From positions 683,587 through 703,586 of the forward strand of contig CT868671.1 of the NCBI GenBank assembly GCA_000165425.1: a stretch of DNA of 20,000 bases. Direction: 5' to 3'. This document shows, piece by piece, positions 10,789 through 20,000 of the stretch (the first letter of the stretch is position 1; the number at the start of each line of letters is the position of its first letter). The notes below the pieces were generated by a model. The model had not been told where the DNA came from and searched no databases. It saw nothing but the letters and a program-made list of their open reading frames with translations. The stretch is from Paramecium tetraurelia (lineage: Eukaryota). The translations under genes were made by a program, and so were the position numbers.

Positions 10789-12591
10789 AATAATTATTCT
10801 CAATCTCAGTTAAAATATTCACTAAGCAAATGGAATCACTTAAAACTTCTCTATCAAAAGCATCTGAGAGTGGTATTATTGATGTAACTACTTTTTCTTT
10901 TGAAAATAGACAACAAGTCATTGTTTATGTTTTATTGCTGTGGTCTTTCATTAATAAAATAAATATATTTTATAATAATCAAACCAAATTTCAAATGATT
11001 TTAATATATGCAACGAAATCTAAATTTTCAAAATTTTGGATTGCTACTTACAAAATCTAAAGTATCTATATATTTTTTTCAATTATAATAAGTACTATAG
11101 TCTTATAAGAAAGGAGAAAACTTGTATATGTTATGTTTAATAAATTTATTGAGGGCTTAACTGAATGTTGAAAATAGTAAAATCTATGAAGATTTTTTGA
11201 AATTCAAATGAATCCCCTTAGAAATTTTTAATTTCCCTTCTTTAAATTTAGTGAAGGAAGACCTAATAGTTTGTGTAAATTTAATATTATTCCACATTTA
11301 GTATCGAAAATATGATCTTCTATTTTAAGATGATATACTGAAATAAAATACATCTAACTACTTTTTGATTGAAGTTGTTTTGATAAATAAATCAATATTT
11401 CATTAATTCAAAGCCAAAAAATACTTAAGATTTATCATAATTTCATTACATTTTTTTTCAACATTTTAATCACCTTAGTTTATGTGATATTTAAGGCTTA
11501 TTCAAATTTTTCAAAATAAATCAATTAATTGCTAGAGAAGGAAATAATTTTACAAAAATATTAAGATTGAATATTTTGCTTTCATTTTGAAATCTTAATG
11601 AAAAGCAATTGGTTTATGAATATTCAAAATAAATAGATGCTATGTTTCTTTCTATTAATTACAATATAATTTTAATTTAAATAAAACGAATGAACTGTTT
11701 AATAATTTTCTTTTTTCTATGAAAGATATGCTTTAAATGCAAGATACTAATTACAATATAAATGTATATTTACTAATGGTGATTGAGTGAAAATATTAAT
11801 TTAAAAAGAAAGACATTATCACTTTAAGATTTATGAAGAATTTGAGCCCGAACGACTGCATTTATAACAGAATTGTTGGCTATTATATAAGACCTAATCA
11901 AAACTTCAAGCTTAGAATACCTTAATATCTTTGCAATACTCAATGCAATAATTGACATATTATATATCCCAATGGCAATTTAAGTTCTCTACATTGTTTT
12001 GAAAGCAATTCTAAAGAATTTTTGAGCAATATACAAAATTAATTCACCATTTTTAGCAAGTCTTACATTTTTAGATAATCAAGTAGTATCATATATTTAT
12101 TGATAGTATAGTATACGTGTGTGCTTTTCATTCTTCATCATTTATTCTACAGTGCAAATATTTTGTATAATTTCTTATATTCTAATTTAACATCATTCTA
12201 GACTGTTTATTTGAGACCAATTCCTATCATCCCTAAGTCTAAATTTCAACGGAATGATAGTATAGCATTTATTATTATTTAATCAAATAAATTTCAATAA
12301 AGTAAGTAAAGTCTGGAGATGTACCGTTGTCTATTCAAATATATAAATTAAGTAAAATATTCATATAGAAGAAAACGATTGTTGGACAGTTAGATTAGAA
12401 AATGAATTAAAAATTGGATCGAATTCCAACCATAAAGATTGACTACTTACTGATTTAAAACCGTGATTCTTATTAGTAATTGGCAGAGGATTGGATTTGA
12501 CAAGCTAATGAAAAGTTGGTCCTAATTTAATATAATTGAATTAAATACTATGATAGCCTCTGTTAAAAAGATATATTAATTTGAAATTGCT

Positions 12592-13165
12592 TCATTTCTT
12601 ACAGTAGTTTTAAATTTTTTGGGATTCAAAAGAGAGCAATCTAATCCTCTAATCTTTACCTTTAATTTTCTCCTGATAGAGTTTTAGAGAAAACTACATG
12701 GTTTAAAAACTACATTATCTACTTAAATTGTCATCAATGAACACTAATTTGTTAACCATTCTTATTTCAACCTTCGCTAAAGGTTTTTAAGAAAATGAAT
12801 TTTCAAGATAATATTAAATTATTGCTGCCTCTTTGGTGTAAAATTTAGCTTATTTAATTACACTCTAGCAAAAATATGATATAATATTGGACTCACTTTA
12901 TTTTTGAATTTCAATATGAGATTCCACAGATGCATTATTATATACTACCGCACTTTCCTTGAGAACAATGAGACACTCATCTGGATTTTGAATCTGAAAT
13001 CTAAAATTTATATCTGTATTTTTCAGATTGTTATCCTTATTTCATTTTTTATAATTAGTACCATCTTAACTTGTGTTAAAGCAACTTATTTACATACACC
13101 CCTTTGTTGAAGTAGGAAAGAAATATCCATAATCTCTTGGATTTACTTAACTCTTAAGAACTCAC
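12592..13165 (-). pseudogene. Possible decayed gene fragment (weakly PAS-like)
   Basis: A minus-strand code-6 frame is open for ~150 codons (13041-12592), preceded by an in-frame TGA at 13044-13042. It includes NPDECLIVLKESAVVYNNASVESHI. There is no start codon upstream of this motif, and the length is not significant on its own when only TGA stops. Confidence 0.25.
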
Positions 13166-13928
13166 CAAGATTTTTTGTACCTCATATTACTTTATTGGAT
13201 CATTAAACACTAAGATCATATTATTTTAATTTTTGATTTGTTTATGGTAAATTGCTGAAAACTTGAAAACTCGAATTCTTTAATTTATTTCTAATCATTT
13301 ATCTTTTAATTGCATGGGGATTGAAATTATGCTCAAAATTTTTTAGTTATTTAGTATACTTTTTTAAAATTAACTTTCAGTGATCTTGATTGACTAATCT
13401 TAATCACAAACTTTAAAAAAATAAACTTAATAACCATTAATTATATAACCCATTTAGAGAAATAATAATTGGTAATCAATTATCAATCTTTAAATTAAGA
13501 TAGATAATTGATGCCTTATTAATAATCTGTTAAAATAAAATGTTTAGTGGAAATTCTGTTATCAATATTTCTTGTCTTATGCAAATAACCATAATAAAAT
13601 ACACAACACTTGGAAGCCAGTGAACCTCTCAACACAAATTTAAGCACTCTTACGATTTAAATTGTGTTTCTATGGTCGAACCTTCACTTATTATGAAAAT
13701 CATTTATGCATTTTTCTCTGCTCATCATACTCTTTACTAATAGCAGGAAGTATATGATTATTATAGGCAAATTTAACAAAGAACATATACAAAAATAGGC
13801 TCTCAACAACTTTGAAGGCAACATCTATTCAAGAGGCATAATGGGATTCTAAATCTTTACTCTAACTCTTGTATGTCACGCATAATCGCTTGGTTTCCTA
13901 TGCCATTTCAGGTTTGTCTTGATTTCTA

Positions 13929-14078
13929 NNNNNNNNNNNNNNNNNNNNNNNNNNNNNNNNNNNNNNNNNNNNNNNNNNNNNNNNNNNNNNNNNNNNNNNN
14001 NNNNNNNNNNNNNNNNNNNNNNNNNNNNNNNNNNNNNNNNNNNNNNNNNNNNNNNNNNNNNNNNNNNNNNNNNNNNNN
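13929..14078. other. Assembly gap (150 N)
   Basis: Run of N characters. The four track ORFs spanning it are artefacts. Confidence 0.99.
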
Positions 14079-15681
14079 ATTGCGCCTCTTGGTTAAAAAA
14101 CATACACCGGACACTGTGTGGCCCACTGGTAATATATAATTTTTATTGAGAATTAAAAATTATAAAGGGAAAAATTAAATCCATATTTCAAATATATTTT
14201 TTCAAAATTATTATCTTATCATAATTTTATAAATAGAGGTCGTTTCTAAAAAGTTCTCAAGACAATGTATATAAATTTTATGAATAAAGCCCAAGAAGCA
14301 ATTTAAAACAAATAAATGAATAAGTTAATTCGATAATCATAAAATGTAAAAAAAAGTTTAGAAGAAAAAAAATACAAATAAAAGCACTAGAATATTAGTT
14401 GAATTGTTTGTTTTTAATGATTATCTGATATGTTTAATAAAATCAAAGCTAATAGAAGTACAGATTGTTGATATCTAATCTACATCGAAAAATGGATTGT
14501 ATAAAGCATATATAAAGTGAGCTCGAAGCAATTAATTTCTTCCACATTTAACAATTAGAAAATGAAACTTTAAAGTGCAAGAATACAATTTAAAGGAAAA
14601 TACATAAGTGTTACGCAAAGTTATCGAAAACTTATCAAAAGCTAAATTTGAATCAAGATTTATAGCTTCTGAATTAAGAGTATCACTAAAGAATATTTAA
14701 AACACTAAATTTAAAGTAATCATTAATTTCTTAATTTGTCTTTGCTATTTCAAATAATCATAAAGAATGGCTATAAAATTTCTTAGATTCAACAGATTGT
14801 ATGAAGTCAGCACAACTAAATTAATATATTCGTAGTTTTTCCAAAAAAGAAATAAAAATTGATTTAGAAATTTTCATGCCTTCAATAAGATTTGGATTGG
14901 ATGTTAATTTCATGTTTATTTTCATTACATAGATTATCTTTGAAGTTATTGAATTCAAATTAATCCACTTTCGATGGCAATTTAGATTTTTATATTCAAA
15001 CCAAACAATATAATTTGCTTATTAAAAATACAAAAATTTAAAGCAAGATTAACAATCTTATTTTGGTTATGAAAATGATTTACTTATCTGTCAATATATC
15101 AATAAATTCAATTATATAAGAAAATAACCAAAAACAGTGATCATATCTTTAATAAAATTTGTAATTTAGTAAAATGAGTTGCAGATTGAAACAAATTATT
15201 CACATTAGATTACTTTACTTTTGTTGGTTACATTGATGATAAGGTTAATTAATTTTCCAACAGTTGTTATAATATTGATTAAAGAATTTCTATGAACAGA
15301 GTTAAATTATGGAATTCTCATTTCTTTAGAATTAATCATAACAGTATAATTTAGTAGAGAAATTAACAATTTCTCAAATATAAACCTCAAGAACAATATC
15401 CTCAAATAAGTTTATAGAAATTATTCAAGAAAAAATTCTTCATTTGGAATTGGTATTACCAAATCCACAAGAATACAAGTGCTTCCACTCTCTTACAATG
15501 ATATACAGAGAGGAAGGTTCTAACTAAAATTGGGAAATATATTCAAAAAAGAGAGTCTAAATAAATTGGTAATAGCATAGATGTAAATAAAAGGAATAAT
15601 AATACATCAGTTTCAAATCTATTAATTTAGGTTTATTTATTATTTATACTGACGTAGATTTATTATTTAAATTTGATAAAA

Positions 15682-18600
15682 ATGTTAGCTCAAATATATA
15701 AATTGGAATCCATTTTACGTGGAGGTGGTTGTGGAACATCAAAAATAAACCCGCTATTCTCAGAAATCATCAAATCAGATAACTAAGATCTTTATAATTT
15801 CATTAATAAATTCAATTTTTATATTGAGTTAATTTGCACTAAAGCTGTTGTTGCTGCTGATTAGTCAGTGAATTAAGAAATAATGATTGCTCTACAATGG
15901 TTTAGTTTTTAAGAAGAAAACATTCACAAACTTAACAAAAATGCTTAAAGTGTTCTGAAATCATACGATTTAATTTTAGAGGGAATCAGAAAGCTATTGA
16001 AAAGCTGTTTGATCTATATTAGAACAGATTAGTTTAAATGTTTTTAAATTTTATAGACAACTGCGTCTCTATCTAAAGTTATATTTAGCTTCCATATATT
16101 AAATGAGGAGAGATTTATGAAATGTGATTTATAACAGGAATTTTTGGATATATCTGATGAACTAAAATAACATATGGAAATAGAGAAGAATGATTTGATT
16201 CAAAATTAAATGGAACTCTATCTTTTCTTAACAAAAATTTCTTTCGAGATTTCACCAAATAATAGTAATGATAGGGAAGAAATCTTAAAAGGATGTCTAA
16301 GTGGTATTATTGGTTCGATAATTTAAATGAAGCCAAATGAAGAATTGCTTGAATCATTGTTTCAGGGAGCCTGTCATCTTTACAAATTGTAGGATGTAAG
16401 CAATAAAAGAAAATAATTTGAAGTTTATTTTTAAATAGATATGTTGTAATGGGAGATAATAAGCTATTTTAAGAATGATCGATTGTAAAATTTTGACGAA
16501 ATAATTATACAAATTGAGGATGTATATAATAAAATTGTGTAAAATTCAAATGAATGGAAATATCATTATCTTTGGGTGTAAATGGTTGGGAAAATCATAT
16601 AATATAATCCTTTATTAACAAAACACGATTTATCTCACTAAACAAGTGCGCTCAATTTGGTAGGAAAGTCAGATTAAATTTGGAAGGAATTTTAGAGAAA
16701 AGGATTACTAATTCTAATGAATTATAGTAATGGATAAGCTGTCATCTTACTTGATAAACTTCAAAATAATTAATTAAGTTAAATTGATAGAACAATCTTA
16801 GAAACCTATTTCAAAGAATGGGAAATCTTTTTATTACTTAAAGATTTTCTCATAAATGAACAATTTCAAAATATTCCTTTTACATTTGGGTCATATTTAA
16901 ACAATAAATTTGAAAATTTTGAAGAAAAAGCACTCGAAAAAAAAGAAAATAAATTGGCTATTTAGAAAATTAAAAGGTTTTTGGGTTTTTTGATTCCCTC
17001 TAAATTGCTAACCCTAGTCAAATAAAATGATGAGAAGTTGGATGAGGCAATAAAAATTTGTAAAAATTTAATGATAGATAAGCAATATAATTGGACTACA
17101 ATATTCAAAATTTCATAATAATAAATAAAAAGAATTATACAAAAGTTAGAAGACTATTTCTAAAACATATATGATATTATAAAACTCATGAGCCTTAATT
17201 AGAACAATTAGAAAGAGATATGCAATAAGGATTTTGAAGAACTTAATAATCTGTTGAGAATATAGGAAACATTTTAATTATATATAATTTTAGATGAAAG
17301 AATTTAAACAAAAAACAAAAATGGCATTGATAGCAATAATGTCATTTAGGATTGGATTTAATTAACTTTGGAAGAATTAAAAAAATAATTGAATATTACT
17401 TTTCTTAACAAACCAACAATATAGCAACAGAAAAACAAAATTTGTGAAGAAGTTGAAATAAAGAATTAAATTTACGAAATAGAATTTGAAAAGGTTTAAA
17501 GAAAAAAAAAATTATAGTCATATTTTTAGAATTAAGTAAATAATCTTAATTCATATTATGAAATAATGACCAAAAGGCTTTAAGACAATTTTGATATACA
17601 CAGATTAAAAGATATCATTATTATATTGTGTGAGATTGAGACCAAATTTGAGGATCTTAAAAAAGAGGATCTTAAAAAAGATGATCCTGAAAAAGAGGAT
17701 CTTAGAAAAGAGGGCTTTAGAAAAGAGGATTTTAAAAAAATTATATAAAAATTTGTTGATTAAGATTTTATTAAATATTTTGAAAACTAAAGGTGCGAAA
17801 ATTTGAAGTTACAATAAAAATTAGTTAATTCAAAGAAGTCCTTCTCAATCATATTATAAAAAGCCTCACTAGAAGAATAAAAATAGTTGTTGGAGGCTAT
17901 ACAGCTTGAAGAATTTCTGCTAAATGTAATCACAAATATCCCAAAAAGAATCATGAATGGACAAATTAACTTGGACACACCACTTCTCACTGAATTAAGA
18001 AATACTTACAGCTCAAACGAAAACTTTAGATAGAAGTTATCGAAGTAAAAAGGAGCAATAACATACCTTATAATTCGACAAAGGATAAATGAAAAAAAGA
18101 TGGACTCTGAAAGAAAGGATTTAGAGTTGGTTGAAAAAGAGTTAGGAGAATTATTCATCAAAGAACCTTCTTCCTTTCTTTTTGCAGACAGATTTAAGAC
18201 AATTTATGAAGATCTAAAAGTTGATAAATAATTAAAGGATAAATTTCATCTACCAGAAAAAGAAAAATATGATAATTTTTTGTCCTAATTAAGATAAATT
18301 GAAAATTTAAGTTTACATTAATCTGTAGAAAATAAAAATTGGACTTCATTAATAATACAAACAGAGACTTTGATTAAAACAATCTAAACCTTTGGATAAA
18401 CAGATAAGGAAATTGATAAAATGTTAATTAATTAAGAAATTCTCATTTTAAAATCCATAATAGGTAAAATAACTAAAGAAGAATAATAAGTAGTATCAAA
18501 ACCATACGATCCAATGAGCAAGAACTATAGAACATATTTATAATTCATGATTAAGATAGTAAAGTTAAAAACTTTATAGTTACAAGAAGAGAAGGAGTTA

Positions 18601-20000
18601 TTAAACTAATTGTTTGAAAAAGTTGTTCTTTTCATTGGAAAACTTGATTAAATTCAAAGGTATGAAGAAGACAATCAAACCAAATTCCAAAAAAGATTTT
18701 AAGAATGTATTTAAGAATGTATTGAGAAGTTTGAAAAATCTCAATTGATTTTAGATTATATAAACTAAGACTAAAATTTTGATTTGAACTTGGAAAGCAT
18801 AGAAACTCAGTTATTTAAAAGTGGAAATGACAAAGTAATTACTTAGGCTTTAATTTCTGATTTTCTTAATTAATTAGTAGTTTCAGTCTAAAAAAAACTT
18901 GTTGAATTTAAGTATCACTCTAGCATCCCATTAAAATAAGATTTTCTAATTCAATAAATAAAATAAATATACTTAGAGGATAATGAAGTAGAAGATGAAG
19001 AAGAATCCAAAGAATAATTTGGCTAATTAGATAATTTGGTTGAAAAGTTTAAAGACTTTAGAAATAATGAATAATGGAAAATTAAATAGGGTCTAGTGTT
19101 TACGATAATATAGATTTCATCTAATTGTTTTTCAGACTCAATAACTTCTTTTTTGTTAGAAAGTCCTAATTTAACTATGGGGTTTAAGAAAAAGATCAAA
19201 GAGTTAGAAAATATTTTAAAAAATGAAAGCTTGATAAGTATGTAAATGTAGATTTTGTCAAAAAATTGGTCGACCTAACATGATAAAATTGGAAAGAATA
19301 TGTAGGAAATGTTGAGCAGAATCGATGAATTGTAAGAATAAATTTCTCATGAGGCCAATCTTAATAAGCGAGATATATATCTAAAAGAACTAGATGAGAC
19401 CACAGAGCAACTAGATGAATAAATTGAAAATATTAGTGAAATGGGTTAATAACTTAGACTGATAACTGATTTTGTTAATCATATCCGAAAAGGTTTAATC
19501 AGAGTAGAGGGTAAAATTAATGAAATGAAGGAATAGCTCTAAAACATTGGTAATGATATTAAATTTTTAAGAGGAAAATCTGTTGAGCAACTATTTGAAA
19601 TTAGAAAATGGAGGGTATTGAAAGAAGCAGCATACAAAAACGTTAAGACCATTTATGTACCCTTACAAACCTTAGAGAAAGGGAAGGAGGAGAAAAGTAT
19701 TTTGATGAATTTAGAAGAATTAAATGATAGGGGAGGAGAAGTGAATGAATTTTTATTACAAGAGTTTAATGAAGAAAAAAAAACGGTCTTATTAATACAT
19801 GGTTAAGCAGGATCTGGCAAAAGTACTGCAGCAAAGAAAATAGAAGAATTTATATGGAAATTACATAACAAAAATTAAAAAATTAGAAATCAAGTGCTTA
19901 TACCTATTTATATCTCTTTACCTTCATTAAAAAACCCTGTTTTTCAAGCTGTGGAAGAGGCACTTCGTTAAAATGAGTATGGTTTTGACGAACTTTAATT
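15682..20000 (+). CDS. Large STAND/NACHT-type P-loop NTPase (NLR-like, probably NACHT-WD40 family); 3'-truncated by the window
   Basis: ATG at 15682 (MLAQIYKLESILRGGGCGTSK). Frame +1 is open to the window end (~1440 codons) and needs no intron. A long helical region and a coiled coil (~19300-19570) are followed by IYVPL, the Walker A motif VLLIHGQAGSGKSTAAKKI (19786-19842) and IPIYISLPSLKNP, typical of the start of a NACHT domain. A C-terminal WD40 region is inferred from family knowledge and is not visible here. Confidence 0.85.
17650..17739 (+). repeat. In-frame 15-bp minisatellite, 6 copies (EDLKK-like)
   Basis: gaggatcttaaaaaa x2, gatgatcctgaaaaa, gaggatcttagaaaa, gagggctttagaaaa, gaggattttaaaaaa, encoding EDLKK EDLKK DDPEK EDLRK EGFRK EDFKK. 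Confidence 0.9.

Noticed and set aside
10830..11060. 76-aa track ORF MESLKTSLSK...
   Set aside because: No recognisable motif or gene structure. At most it is a pseudogene fragment.
13631..13668. Imperfect inverted repeat AACACAAATTTAA / TTAAATTGTGTT
   Set aside because: It is short, AT-rich and bulged, so it is expected by chance.
13873..14149. Four track ORFs spanning the N-run
   Set aside because: They are open only because of the assembly gap, and the flanking peptides are unrecognisable.
238..17990. Short track ORFs at 238-453(-), 1513-1704(+), 1548-1874(-), 3459-3680(-), 8615-8797(-) and 17787-17990(-)
   Set aside because: They are antisense or off-frame shadows of long code-6 genes on the + strand.
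1..20000. CRISPR arrays, rRNA/tRNA genes, telomeric repeats, transposase genes, retained IESs
   Set aside because: None recognised by eye. The 15-bp repeat is a spacer-less coding minisatellite, and no C4A2/C3A3 arrays are present.

Overview
This is very AT-rich eukaryotic DNA in the ciliate nuclear code (TAA/TAG = Gln, only TGA stops), with 22-32 nt GT..AG introns. It is most consistent with a Paramecium macronuclear scaffold. The supplied standard-code ORF track therefore shows only fragments or artefacts. Manual retranslation gives four + strand genes. (1) <1..1352: START/SRPBCC lipid-binding-domain protein. (2) 1371..4489: ~1030 aa Q/N/S-rich protein of unknown function. (3) 4533..10266: ~1844 aa, 8-intron protein combining a non-RD Ser/Thr kinase, an apparently catalytically dead dual-specificity-phosphatase-like domain and a C-terminal GFA/Mss4-like Cys cluster. 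(4) 15682..>20000: large STAND/NACHT-type P-loop NTPase whose N-terminus reads LRGG|GCGTSK, a ubiquitin-type cleavage site directly followed by a cryptic myristoylation/palmitoylation motif. Between genes 3 and 4 is a ~5.4 kb gene-poor, probably decayed region containing a 150-N assembly gap and a hairpin. All domain calls come from motif recognition by eye, not database searches.
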